This document shows, piece by piece, positions 8,568 to 16,899 of a DNA stretch of 64,000 nucleotides. The position numbers were made by a program, and so were the translations under genes. The notes below the pieces were generated by a model that ran no database searches, was not told where the DNA came from, and saw nothing but the letters and a program-made list of their open reading frames with translations. The DNA lies in IMG/VR virus record IMGVR_UViG_3300050821_017570, positions 123,140 to 187,139 of that record; one strand, given 5' to 3'. Position 1 is the stretch's first letter, and each line of letters begins with the position of its first letter. Origin of the DNA: a virus.

Positions 8568-9230
8568 CTATTGCGGAAGCGCGATCAGCTTGAATTCGCT
8601 ATTCGGAATCAGCTGGTCCTTCGTCTTGTCGATCGGCTGGTAGCGGGCTACCGTCTTCCCGGGCCGGCTGACCGCGAAGTCCAGCAGCTGGTCCATCGTC
8701 TCCGCCACCGTCGCGAGATTCGAGAACTCCAGGATGCTGTTGTAGCAGAACCAGTCACTGATGATCTCGCCATGCAGGCCGGCCTCGGATCCCTGCTTGG
8801 TCACGATGCGGACGCAGGTCGCCTTGATCAGCGGAGCATCATCGATCGTATCGGTGATGAACCGGTAGCCCAACCGGCCATGCTTGGCCCACACGGGCAG
8901 CTTGCGCACCAGGAGGGACCGCAGGAAGCAGTAGGGGGTGAGGCCACAATCCAGGTCGAGCGACACGTCGAAATACGTGCACCCGGCGGCCGGATTGGTT
9001 GGCACGACCGGCAAGATGGTACGCTGAAACAGGTTGCGGAAGTTGGCGCCACGGTAGCCGGACCCCTGCTTGATGAACGCCCCATTGATGATGGGTCGCT
9101 GGTCGAACAGCCGGACCCCATGGGGGCCGAGATTCATCGTCAGATCGAATGCCTTGGTCAGACGGGTCTGAAGGGTCAGTTGGTTGGCACTCGGCTTGAT
9201 CGCCACGTTGGTTGATTGGGTAGGGGTCAT
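8568..9230 (-). CDS. hypothetical protein
   Basis: 220-aa ORF with an ATGA overlap upstream. Confidence 0.7.
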   Translation of the reverse strand: MTPTQSTNVAIKPSANQLTLQTRLTKAFDLTMNLGPHGVRLFDQRPIINGAFIKQGSGYRGANFRNLFQRTILPVVPTNPAAGCTYFDVSLDLDCGLTPYCFLRSLLVRKLPVWAKHGRLGYRFITDTIDDAPLIKATCVRIVTKQGSEAGLHGEIISDWFCYNSILEFSNLATVAETMDQLLDFAVSRPGKTVARYQPIDKTKDQLIPNSEFKLIALPQ

Positions 9231-9472
9231 GAGAGAACCTGATAGTAGGTAGAGGTGCGGCCACGAAAGCTGTGGCGGATACGCAGGAGTTGATCCGTTT
9301 GGACCAACTGGTTCAGAATGTGAGCGAGATCGACATAGTCGATCAGATCGTCGGCACCATCATAGGGCTGGTAGGCCCGTACGGTGATCGTGCCGACTAA
9401 TTCATGCTCCTCGACCCCATCGGAGTCACAGAGCACATCGAGAACCAGCCTGGCTAGTTCGTTATGCGTCAT
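9227..9472 (-). CDS. small hypothetical protein, possibly winged-helix-like
   Basis: 81-aa ORF with a GGAG SD; helix-helix-strand pattern. Confidence 0.6.
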   Translation of the reverse strand: MTHNELARLVLDVLCDSDGVEEHELVGTITVRAYQPYDGADDLIDYVDLAHILNQLVQTDQLLRIRHSFRGRTSTYYQVLS

Positions 9473-9493
9473 ACTGACTCCAATGGGTAAGGA

Positions 9494-9718
9494 TCAGGCT
9501 ACCTTTTTGATTGGCAAACGTCTGCGCCGTTTTGGTGGCGGGTCACCCATCATCTCGGGTGGTCGAACACCCTTGTAGCGGGGCAGATGTGGGCACCAGA
9601 GTGGCAGGATGATGCGGTCCTGTACCGCTCCGTTGACGATGAACGGATGGATCTCTGGCATGACCTTTTTAGGCCACGGAGGGATCCGGCCGTTTTCATC
9701 ACGCTGAATGATAGCCAT
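9494..9718 (-). CDS. hypothetical protein
   Basis: 74-aa ORF with a basic C-terminus. Confidence 0.55.
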   Translation of the reverse strand: MAIIQRDENGRIPPWPKKVMPEIHPFIVNGAVQDRIILPLWCPHLPRYKGVRPPEMMGDPPPKRRRRLPIKKVA

Positions 9719-9723
9719 CTGGA

Positions 9724-10050
9724 TTATTTCTTGTCAATCGTTTGGATGAAGAACTTGATCTTGAGCAGCAGCTCTTCGAGCGTGTCAGCCCTGAATTCCT
9801 GCTCGCCAGATGTTTCACCATTCTTGAATTTGACCGACCCGCTGACCGATGGTTTCCCATCATGCATGTAGATGAACATGTAGATGCGTTCCACATGTCG
9901 GGATCCGAACGGATCATTGAAAGGCGTGATCGCCTTGGCCTCTGGCGCCGCTCGGGCTGGCTCCGGCTTGGTTCGTGCCGGTTCCGCCTGAGGGGTGATC
10001 ACCCGGAGGGTCTGCATGCCAGCATCAAACAATCGCGCAAGTGCGCTCAT
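9724..10050 (-). CDS. hypothetical protein
   Basis: Start at MSALARL, overlapping the upstream stop codon. Confidence 0.7.
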   Translation of the reverse strand: MSALARLFDAGMQTLRVITPQAEPARTKPEPARAAPEAKAITPFNDPFGSRHVERIYMFIYMHDGKPSVSGSVKFKNGETSGEQEFRADTLEELLLKIKFFIQTIDKK

Positions 10051-10361
10051 AGTGGACCTTTGGCTTCGACCGGCAGGTCTTCCGTAGCGATGAAGATCAG
10101 ATGATCCCCAGGCTCCAGAAGGTCTTGTCGCAGGTCTTGTAGACCCCATCGCTTCATCACCGTCAGTACCAGCTCCTTATTACGCCAGACCTCTATGATA
10201 CCGGATACCGCGTAGGGGACCCGGTAGCGATAGAAGTCATCCAGCGTGGTTGGGTTGGCAACACGAAACTCTTTCCGATACGCGTGGCCGTTTGGGCCTG
10301 CCCAGGTCAGCCAAACCGACATCCTGGGCAGGCCAAACAACCTCAACAGCCATCTAACCAT
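10047..10361 (-). CDS. hypothetical protein
   Basis: 104-aa ORF. Confidence 0.65.
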   Translation of the reverse strand: MVRWLLRLFGLPRMSVWLTWAGPNGHAYRKEFRVANPTTLDDFYRYRVPYAVSGIIEVWRNKELVLTVMKRWGLQDLRQDLLEPGDHLIFIATEDLPVEAKGPL

Positions 10362-10370
10362 GTGGCTGAA

Positions 10371-10844
10371 TTACGGCTTCACCGGCGTGGACTTCATCTC
10401 CTCGTCGATCGCCGCCACCATCGCCTCACCGGCCGTCTCGGGCACCGCTTGGGCCCGAGCCAACAGGCTGGCGAACCTCTCCACGTCACTGCGATCCACC
10501 TTCTCGACCGGAACCTCCGTCATCGGCTCGGTGACGGCCGCCTGATCGGTCGGATACTCCTCCTGGACCGCATCGATGGCCGCAATCGGAGAACCCGACG
10601 GTAGAGCCGATGGGTTGGTCGGAGTGGTGTCGTGCTGACCGATCAGTCGGCGGATCCGGCCCATCAGCCAGAACCCGACCGCCAGCCCGGCCACCAGCGT
10701 GATAAGGGCCAGTCGGGGGTGCCAGGGGTGGTGCAGGTTGTGAGCGAGCCAGCAGGTCACTAAGACGCTGCCAAACCCCTCAATGATCAGACAGTGCATA
10801 AGCACGATCAGACGCATCATGTCGGCAACGGGATTGCGGCTCAT
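10371..10844 (-). CDS. two-TM membrane protein
   Basis: Two hydrophobic helices and an acidic C-terminus. Confidence 0.7.
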   Translation of the reverse strand: MSRNPVADMMRLIVLMHCLIIEGFGSVLVTCWLAHNLHHPWHPRLALITLVAGLAVGFWLMGRIRRLIGQHDTTPTNPSALPSGSPIAAIDAVQEEYPTDQAAVTEPMTEVPVEKVDRSDVERFASLLARAQAVPETAGEAMVAAIDEEMKSTPVKP

Positions 10845-11125
10845 CGGGTCACCCGCGCCTTCTCGCGCGTCGTCAGTCGGGCCAGCTGGTTGGCCTGACC
10901 CAGCAGCTCGGTGACCTTCTCGTGGCGACCCAGCAGGTGGGCCTTACGGGCCTCGGTCAGGCAGTGGGCACGAGTGCCCCACGACTGACCGGGCTTCTGG
11001 GGCCCCTCGGCGAGCGCACGACGCGCGTGGCGTCCCGCCTCGTCGGTCTTCTGGGCCGCTTGGGCGGCGGCCCGACGGCGCATGTGGCCGTCACCGATCG
11101 GAATCTTCGTCGCATGTGCAGGCAT
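10841..11125 (-). CDS. hypothetical protein
   Basis: 94-aa ORF following a hairpin-SD cassette. Confidence 0.7.
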   Translation of the reverse strand: MPAHATKIPIGDGHMRRRAAAQAAQKTDEAGRHARRALAEGPQKPGQSWGTRAHCLTEARKAHLLGRHEKVTELLGQANQLARLTTREKARVTR

Positions 11126-11131
11126 AGTGGT

Positions 11132-11153
11132 CTCCTCCAGGGTTTCTGGAATC
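11132..11153 (-). promoter_or_regulatory. hairpin-SD cassette (5 of 6 pairs)
   Basis: GAT TCCAGA AAC CCTGGA GGAG. Confidence 0.7.
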
Positions 11154-11185
11154 TGTATGGTGGGTAGGAACGAAACCGAAACCGA

Positions 11186-11791
11186 CTACGACAACCCCAG
11201 CCGACGCAGCTGGTCGTCGAGATCCTCATGACCCACGATGAGCTTCCACGCCGCCATCTCGGCGCGGATCTCCGCTGGCGTCGCGACCCGCAGGTCGGAA
11301 TCCTGGCTCAGATAGCAGTCTTCGTTCAGCACATGGTCGTCCTGACGGTAGATCACATGGGCATCGTCGTCTTCGGTCCTAGAGACGATGACGAGACGAT
11401 CGTCCGAGAAGTCGACCAGACCGACCGAGCCGGCATCCTCGACGATGTAGGCCTGACCGACGGCGAAACTGAACGGGTGGTCGGTCTCGTCCTCGGTGTC
11501 GTCGTCATCGAGCTTCAGCTTCAGGGCGTCGACCTCGACGTCCATGAGGTTGGCGATCAGATGGACGATCGCCTTCTTGTGACCGCTGTCACCGAAATGG
11601 GCCTCGATGAGCCCACCCATTCGCTCGGCCCGTCGGGCCGGGCTACCGGCGGCAGCCGGCTTCGCGGCCTTGGCCGGCTTGGGAGCCGCGGCTGCCGCCA
11701 TCTTTCGTATCAGGGCGGCGTTGAGACGAAGTGCGGTCTTCTGGATGGCGGTGATCTGGGTCAGCTTGGTGGGAATGTCAAGATTTGGCAT
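11186..11791 (-). CDS. hypothetical protein with an Ala/Lys linker and acidic C-terminal domain
   Basis: Start at MPNLDI; the track start at 11944 overlaps another gene. Confidence 0.7.
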   Translation of the reverse strand: MPNLDIPTKLTQITAIQKTALRLNAALIRKMAAAAAPKPAKAAKPAAAGSPARRAERMGGLIEAHFGDSGHKKAIVHLIANLMDVEVDALKLKLDDDDTEDETDHPFSFAVGQAYIVEDAGSVGLVDFSDDRLVIVSRTEDDDAHVIYRQDDHVLNEDCYLSQDSDLRVATPAEIRAEMAAWKLIVGHEDLDDQLRRLGLS

Positions 11792-11853
11792 AGTAGGATT
11801 CCGTTTCCGACAACGTCGGGGTTGGGTTGGTAGGTGATGAAAACAACAGCAGG

Positions 11854-12099
11854 CTATCTGGGTAGACGCCACCCATGTTTGCCAAAGCCAGTCAGGCAAA
11901 ACACAAAGGCGAGCCCGATTGGGCCAAATACACTGAATATGCACGAGAACACCAACCAGTAACCAATTCGGCTACGGTTGGTACCCTCGGCCTGTTTGGC
12001 TTCGAAAAATGCCCAGAGTAGACCGAGAATGCCCCAAGAGCATCCGACCCACACAAGGTATTCGCTCAGCACAACCAGGAAGTGGTGATCGATCAACAT
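11854..12099 (-). CDS. two-TM membrane protein
   Basis: Hydrophobic helices; 81 aa. Confidence 0.65.
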   Translation of the reverse strand: MLIDHHFLVVLSEYLVWVGCSWGILGLLWAFFEAKQAEGTNRSRIGYWLVFSCIFSVFGPIGLAFVFCLTGFGKHGWRLPR

Positions 12100-12120
12100 G
12101 TTGGATTACCGCCTAGCCCG

Positions 12121-12765
12121 TCAGGGTAACTGGCACCCCAGCAGGACTCCGAACAGCTCCTTGGCCTTCTGCTGCTGGCAGCCAAACGCACCAGGGTTCT
12201 TCTCGAACCACTCGTACACTTCTCGGGCCTTCGGATGGCTACGGTTGAGACGCGCCAGCATCTCCTCACGGTCCCGCTTGGCCTTCTCTGCCGCTGCGGC
12301 TGCCTCACGGGCGGCCTTCTCGATGGCCTCGACACCCGCTCGATTGAACGCACGACGGAATCGCGGGTTGGTCATCAGACGGTCACGGCGAGCCTGATTG
12401 GGGACCTGATGGAGCCGAAAGATCAGCTTCACCAGTCGGGTCGCGGCAGCGAAGTCATCACGGCGGAACCATGGCCAGCTGTACTCGCCTGACCAGGCAG
12501 GCGCGTAGCCGTAGGCGAGAGTCGCCGCGTCCACCCGGTCGGCGTAGACGTTGATGATTGGCGAGGCACAGTATTCGGATTCCGTCCGCTTGAGAATCTC
12601 CAGGTAGCTCGCGCAAACCTTGCTACGAAGGCCATCGGGGAATTCGACGACATCGAATTCGGCCAGACAGGTCAGTTCATGGATGTTGGAAACATTCCAG
12701 GTACGCACGGTGGGTCCTTTATCTGAAGAGAAGAGGTGGAAAAAACGACGCAGTGGCGACCACAT
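12121..12765 (-). CDS. hypothetical protein, paralog of 14876..15343
   Basis: Shares AYGYA..W...R.D.AA.TR.VK..F and AR..E..E..PGA.GC. Confidence 0.75.
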   Translation of the reverse strand: MWSPLRRFFHLFSSDKGPTVRTWNVSNIHELTCLAEFDVVEFPDGLRSKVCASYLEILKRTESEYCASPIINVYADRVDAATLAYGYAPAWSGEYSWPWFRRDDFAAATRLVKLIFRLHQVPNQARRDRLMTNPRFRRAFNRAGVEAIEKAAREAAAAAEKAKRDREEMLARLNRSHPKAREVYEWFEKNPGAFGCQQQKAKELFGVLLGCQLP

Positions 12766-12771
12766 GACTGG

Positions 12772-13098
12772 TCAAACCAGACAGTGGATGACCCACAGGA
12801 TCATCATCGTCATGAGCGGTGTGAATATCGCGTACGCCACCACGAAGGCATACTCGTTGTCCTGCTTCGGCGTCACTGGGGCTGGCCAGATCATGCCGAT
12901 GAGGATACGCAGCAGGATCGCCTGCTTGAAGCTCAGCATGGGAAGCGCGAACGGCAGGAGCGGCATGAACCACTCCCACGCCTTGAACGTCAGCAGCCCC
13001 CACAGGAGGACTGAAAACGGCATCATCAGAAAGATCAAGCACATCAGGCCGATTGCTGACATGAGCTTGTCGAACGAATCGGTAGAATGGTCAGACAT
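12772..13098 (-). CDS. multi-pass membrane protein
   Basis: Three hydrophobic helices and a WEWF-P motif; follows a hairpin-SD cassette. Confidence 0.75.
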   Translation of the reverse strand: MSDHSTDSFDKLMSAIGLMCLIFLMMPFSVLLWGLLTFKAWEWFMPLLPFALPMLSFKQAILLRILIGMIWPAPVTPKQDNEYAFVVAYAIFTPLMTMMILWVIHCLV

Positions 13099-13104
13099 TT
13101 GAAT

Positions 13105-13126
13105 CTCCTCTGGCGGTGCCAGAATT
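13105..13126 (-). promoter_or_regulatory. hairpin-SD cassette
   Basis: AAT TCTGGC ACC GCCAGA GGAG. Confidence 0.8.
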
Positions 13127-13151
13127 GGTTGGTTGGGTGGATTGAAGCCTA

Positions 13152-13520
13152 CTACCGCACGGTCTCGAAACGGGTCGCCAGAAACCGATCGGACGGCTTC
13201 TCGACGAACCGTATGACGTCACGATCCACGAACCTGGCGAAGCGCCAACTGTCCTTGGTCAGCGCGACCCGGTATTCCTCAGCCTGCGCGGTATCGGCAT
13301 GCAGGGGAACCAGGATGACGCGCACCCGACGGGTCGGATGCTCCGGAGTCGACTCGATCAGATGGAATCGGGCGGCGAAACGGATCCGACGGTTTCCGAT
13401 GAGGGAGCGATCGAGATCCAGCATCAGAAGACCAGCGGAGTAGGGGCCGAAAAACTGCCGGAACAGTCGTTCGGCCTCTTCGCGCGAAATCAGGTTGAGG
13501 GGTTGGGTATCGGTTGGCAC
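13152..13520 (-). CDS. hypothetical protein
   Basis: GTG start 6 nt after the cassette GGAG. Confidence 0.7.
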   Translation of the reverse strand: MPTDTQPLNLISREEAERLFRQFFGPYSAGLLMLDLDRSLIGNRRIRFAARFHLIESTPEHPTRRVRVILVPLHADTAQAEEYRVALTKDSWRFARFVDRDVIRFVEKPSDRFLATRFETVR

Positions 13521-13526
13521 GGAAGC

Positions 13527-13548
13527 CTCCTCTGGCTGAGCCAGAATC
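13527..13548 (-). promoter_or_regulatory. hairpin-SD cassette
   Basis: GAT TCTGGC TCA GCCAGA GGAG. Confidence 0.8.
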
Positions 13549-13561
13549 ATAGGTTGGTTGG

Positions 13562-13768
13562 TTATCCTTCTTCGTAGTCGGGACACTTCTGGGCCTGCTC
13601 CATCTTCACGGACAGCTCGACCCGTACGTCATTTTCAGACGTTGACAGCTCCCAATGCCGTTTTAGGCAGGTGATTGAGCTGTCCATGCCAGGCGTGACA
13701 TCTGAGTATCCCGCATACCCGAGGTCTACCTGACAATGCCGACACTTGAGGCAATGGTGTTCGCTCAT
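13562..13768 (-). CDS. small Cys-rich, putatively Zn-binding protein
   Basis: MSEHHCLKCRHC...C...C; ATGA overlap with the upstream gene. Confidence 0.65.
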   Translation of the reverse strand: MSEHHCLKCRHCQVDLGYAGYSDVTPGMDSSITCLKRHWELSTSENDVRVELSVKMEQAQKCPDYEEG

Positions 13769-14517
13769 GCGAAATATAGATCTTTTGCTATGCATTTCAT
13801 CAGATCCAATCGGCTGTGGGTACCATCTGAGCAATGACGTCCATTACGGTGCCACACGCTCTGTACAACACGATTACCGAGACGATGGCCATGCCAATAC
13901 CATTCGGATCGGCTTATGTTGTCTCGTTCCAAGTCGAGTTCCCATACGGTACCTTCACGATCCACCCAGCGGCTAGCCAACTCGATGGGCTCACCAGTCA
14001 GCCAATGGCGTGGACCAGTGGACTCGTCCTTTGTCTCCATTTCTGGTACGTTGACAAGATCGTCATCGTCCCCTGGATAGCGCTTGGTCGTACCGTCGGC
14101 ATAACGCTCTTCTATGATCTCATAGTTTGATTCACGTATCGCTACGGCGATCGGGTGCACTCCCAACAGATCCGTGGCAAGGATACGCGCCTTGCGCCCA
14201 TCCCGTGTCTGTACTGGTTTCTTTGGATCGAACGGCATCTTCTGGTCAGGTGTCTTCTGACCCGGCATCTCGACCAGAGAGATGAGGTTGTGGTGGTCCG
14301 ACTTGTTGAGAAAGGCGTGCCCATCAAGGGTCCAACTCACAGAGCTGGCACCAGAGGCGCTGAACAGAAGTCCGCACCACCGCATTCTGCTGAGTTCATG
14401 CCCCAAGGACGCGCCGGTGATAAGGGCGATGCATCCCGCCTCACCGGTGGTCCAGTACTGACCGACCTCGATTTTCAAACCGGTACCGAAATGATGTCCC
14501 ACATTGCTATCCGGCAT
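13765..14517 (-). CDS. protein with three tandem SH3-like 'TRDGR' modules
   Basis: Three similar modules of about 65 aa (..GQYWTT..; ..VQTRDGRKARI..; ..WVDREG..), each ending DG...(N/D)L. Confidence 0.75.
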   Translation of the reverse strand: MPDSNVGHHFGTGLKIEVGQYWTTGEAGCIALITGASLGHELSRMRWCGLLFSASGASSVSWTLDGHAFLNKSDHHNLISLVEMPGQKTPDQKMPFDPKKPVQTRDGRKARILATDLLGVHPIAVAIRESNYEIIEERYADGTTKRYPGDDDDLVNVPEMETKDESTGPRHWLTGEPIELASRWVDREGTVWELDLERDNISRSEWYWHGHRLGNRVVQSVWHRNGRHCSDGTHSRLDLMKCIAKDLYFA

Positions 14518-14523
14518 ACTCTG

Positions 14524-14545
14524 CTCCTCTGGCTGAGCCAGAATC
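14524..14545 (-). promoter_or_regulatory. hairpin-SD cassette
   Basis: GAT TCTGGC TCA GCCAGA GGAG. Confidence 0.8.
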
Positions 14546-14550
14546 ATGGG

Positions 14551-14850
14551 TTAGTCGTTGGTGAGTTCGTACGTGCGAGGGTTGATACGGTAGAAGCGCA
14601 TCCAGCCGTGTTGGAGCCCACCGTACTGGTAACAGGACACCATCAGGCGATGAAAGGAGCGGCCGGCTGGGTCGGTGACCCTGAAGACCCCGATCTCGAC
14701 CAGGAAGTGCCCGAACCGCATGCTGGTGCTCTGGCAGCCTGTCTGGTCGAGATCAACCTTCGGGTCACTGATCCATTCGCGATACCGGGTGAGACAAGCG
14801 TCCAAAACCGCCACCTGGGCAGGCAGCTGGTGTTTTACAGGTTTTTCCAT
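14551..14850 (-). CDS. hypothetical protein, paralog of 15377..15673
   Basis: Shares LD...P..xLD...F.RLMV..Y...F.RI...LT. Confidence 0.75.
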   Translation of the reverse strand: MEKPVKHQLPAQVAVLDACLTRYREWISDPKVDLDQTGCQSTSMRFGHFLVEIGVFRVTDPAGRSFHRLMVSCYQYGGLQHGWMRFYRINPRTYELTND

Positions 14851-14875
14851 ACTGCCTCCCTGGGTGGCTGGGTTG

Positions 14876-15343
14876 TTAGAACTTGACGCCGAGCAACTCC
14901 TCCACCACCGCGATCACGCCGGTACGGTGGCAGCCGTAGGCGCCCGGATGGGCTTCGAGGTATTCGTGAATCCGACGCGCGTTCGCCGGCATACGGGCCA
15001 GCCGTGCGGCCTCTGCCTTGGCGGTCTCAGGCCGGTAGGCAAACAACGCCTTGACCATTCGGGTCAGAGCCGCCATATCACCCTTACGTGACTCTGGCCA
15101 AACACCATCTGGTGCGGCGTATCCGTAAGCCTCGGCGGCAAACTGACAGATCTTTCTGTCGTCGTCAGTACCGAGTATGGCCTTAATCGGTGCGCGGTTG
15201 TCATAGCCGTTGCAGTCGAGAAAACACTCGGTGACAGTCGACGTGTAGGTATCTGTCTTGTGTCGGAACTGAACCGTATCGCCCCGCTTCAGCTGCCGAC
15301 AGCGGCTGATGTTGGCGGACGTCCATGTGGTTTTTCTGGCCAT
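14876..15343 (-). CDS. hypothetical protein, paralog of 12121..12765
   Basis: AEAYGYAAPDGVWPESRKGDMAALTRMVKALF ... EAHPGAYGC. Confidence 0.75.
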   Translation of the reverse strand: MARKTTWTSANISRCRQLKRGDTVQFRHKTDTYTSTVTECFLDCNGYDNRAPIKAILGTDDDRKICQFAAEAYGYAAPDGVWPESRKGDMAALTRMVKALFAYRPETAKAEAARLARMPANARRIHEYLEAHPGAYGCHRTGVIAVVEELLGVKF

Positions 15344-15376
15344 ATAGTGGTTTCTATGGTTGGTGGTGTGGGAAGA

Positions 15377-15673
15377 TCAGATGGGGGTGAGATCGAAATT
15401 CTTCTCGATCCGAAAGAAGTGGAGACGCAACCGATCGGTTTTGTGCTCGTCACGCAGGTAGAGCGCTACCATCAGACGGTTGAACTGGTGTCCGTTACGG
15501 ACTCCATAGTCGACGAATAACTCGATGATATACTTGCGGCCGTATCCGTACGAGATCCTAACCCCGCGGAGTGCGTCGAGGTTACGTTGGGGCGTCTCGA
15601 TCGCGTGCCTGAAGAGTGTTTCTGCCTGATCGAGGTAGGCAGTCACACAGGGTATACCGGTTTGGTTTGGCAT
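15377..15673 (-). CDS. hypothetical protein, paralog of 14551..14850
   Basis: FNRLMVALY...HFFRIEKNFDLT; preceded by a half cassette ACCGCCAGAGGAG. Confidence 0.75.
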   Translation of the reverse strand: MPNQTGIPCVTAYLDQAETLFRHAIETPQRNLDALRGVRISYGYGRKYIIELFVDYGVRNGHQFNRLMVALYLRDEHKTDRLRLHFFRIEKNFDLTPI

Positions 15674-15690
15674 GTGGGCTCCTCTGGCGG

Positions 15691-15894
15691 TTATATCAGA
15701 ACCACAACGTCGAGCTGATTGGGTTGGATGGAGGCAACTCTGGCTTCCCTGACATCCGCAACCGCTCGTGCTACTTCTAGTGAGCTGAAGCGAGTCGCAT
15801 CGCGGGCCGCATCATGCCAACCACCGTCCGTCACATCATAGAAGCGAAAATGCTGAGAGTCAGGTCCGGGAAAGGGTCGGGCGACAACAAACAT
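15691..15894 (-). CDS. small protein, paralog of 18971..19192
   Basis: FY.VT.G.W/F.....AT.F..L..A.A.A. Confidence 0.7.
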   Translation of the reverse strand: MFVVARPFPGPDSQHFRFYDVTDGGWHDAARDATRFSSLEVARAVADVREARVASIQPNQLDVVVLI

Positions 15895-15899
15895 AGCGT

Positions 15900-15921
15900 C
15901 TCCTCTGACAGTGTCAGAATT
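15900..15921 (-). promoter_or_regulatory. hairpin-SD cassette
   Basis: AAT TCTGAC ACT GTCAGA GGAG. Confidence 0.8.
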
Positions 15922-15929
15922 GTTGATGG

Positions 15930-16466
15930 TTAGAAACAGATTCCGTACCAGATCGAATCCCTAGATCGGGTTGGGACCAACCCAACCAGCTCGCTAGGAA
16001 TGAATCCATAGGAGGGGTAGCAGGTTGGGTCAAATGGCGATGGCGCGCGGAACCTCGGGGTCAGTCGTACCTGAGCCACCATGTCTAAAAACTGATCGAT
16101 CGACATGTTGTCTTTGAGTCGGTTACACCGAAGACAAAGAGGTCGAAGGTTATTGATGTCATTACGACTACCGTAGGGGCATTTCGACCGTGGTACAATA
16201 TGGTCCAGGGTCATCCGCTCCCCACTGTCCGTGTAGAGACCGAAGTGCCAGAAGCCATCCTGCATGGTGGGTCGGAAATGCGTTCCCACCACGCCGCAAC
16301 CATAGCAGGTCTGACCAAGCTTGTGAAACATCCTGAGTTTCTCACGGTTCCTTTGACCGAACCCAAACATCATCCCATCGATCTGCATGGGCGTGGAGAT
16401 CTGTCCCTTTATGAGATCGAAAACAAAGCTGAGCGGATAGCGCACCTCTCCTGATGCGATCAGCAT
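15930..16466 (-). CDS. HNH endonuclease
   Basis: CYGCG ... MTLDHIVPRSK ... NDINNLRPLCLRCNRLKDN; ATG 6 nt after the cassette GGAG. Confidence 0.85.
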   Translation of the reverse strand: MLIASGEVRYPLSFVFDLIKGQISTPMQIDGMMFGFGQRNREKLRMFHKLGQTCYGCGVVGTHFRPTMQDGFWHFGLYTDSGERMTLDHIVPRSKCPYGSRNDINNLRPLCLRCNRLKDNMSIDQFLDMVAQVRLTPRFRAPSPFDPTCYPSYGFIPSELVGLVPTRSRDSIWYGICF

Positions 16467-16472
16467 GGTTAC

Positions 16473-16494
16473 CTCCTCGGGCAGCGCCCGAATC
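16473..16494 (-). promoter_or_regulatory. hairpin-SD cassette
   Basis: GAT TCGGGC GCT GCCCGA GGAG. Confidence 0.8.
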
Positions 16495-16510
16495 GTGGGT
16501 TGAAAGAAAC

Positions 16511-16654
16511 GTAACCTCAATCGCCGACGGGATTCGAACCCGTAGGGAGCACCTACGTCGTGCTATAGTGCTCCGTCGGATTTCGCCATGGGCACGTCCC
16601 ATCTTGGCTAAGCCGCGACTGCATCTGCCGTTTTGCTACAGCGATTGAGGTTAC
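16511..16654 (-). ncRNA. tRNA-Leu(UAA)-like RNA with a 25-nt anticodon insert, long variable arm, extended acceptor stem and no CCA
   Basis: Acceptor ATCGCTG/CGGCGAT; Leu-type D arm GCA-AAACGGCAGA-TGC; T arm ACGGG-TTCGAAT-CCCGT; variable stem GGAGCAC/GTGCTCC; the flanks pair for 9 more bp (GTAACCTCA/TGAGGTTAC). Confidence 0.8.
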
Positions 16655-16667
16655 AGGAAACGCTGAC

Positions 16668-16892
16668 TCAGCGGGTCGCCAGCACGACCGCTTCGGATCC
16701 GATGTAGGCGACTTCGGTCGCACCGGGGAAACAGGTACCCTGATGGGCTGCCTGGTTGATCTCCTGCTGGGAGATCTGGCGCTCGGCCTCACGCTCCGAA
16801 CACCCACGAGCCTTCATCGTGCTGGCGATGAGGGTCCGACGGATCTGCAGGGTGCGGGCGAGACGGACGGCGGCATTGGTCTGGATACGCAT
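16668..16892 (-). CDS. hypothetical protein, 74 aa
   Basis: MRIQTNAAV start 7 nt after the cassette GGAG; an in-frame upstream extension to 17054 also exists. Confidence 0.7.
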   Translation of the reverse strand: MRIQTNAAVRLARTLQIRRTLIASTMKARGCSEREAERQISQQEINQAAHQGTCFPGATEVAYIGSEAVVLATR

Positions 16893-16899
16893 GGGATGA

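Noticed and set aside
16584-16608. Insert as a self-splicing group I intron
   Set aside because: 25 nt is far too short for a catalytic core, and the P1-like pairing has U-A rather than the required U-G. At most a remnant.
16511-16654. tmRNA or selenocysteine tRNA
   Set aside because: There is a full D arm, no tag ORF or pseudoknot region, no G3-U70 alanine identity, no UCA anticodon and no CCA end.
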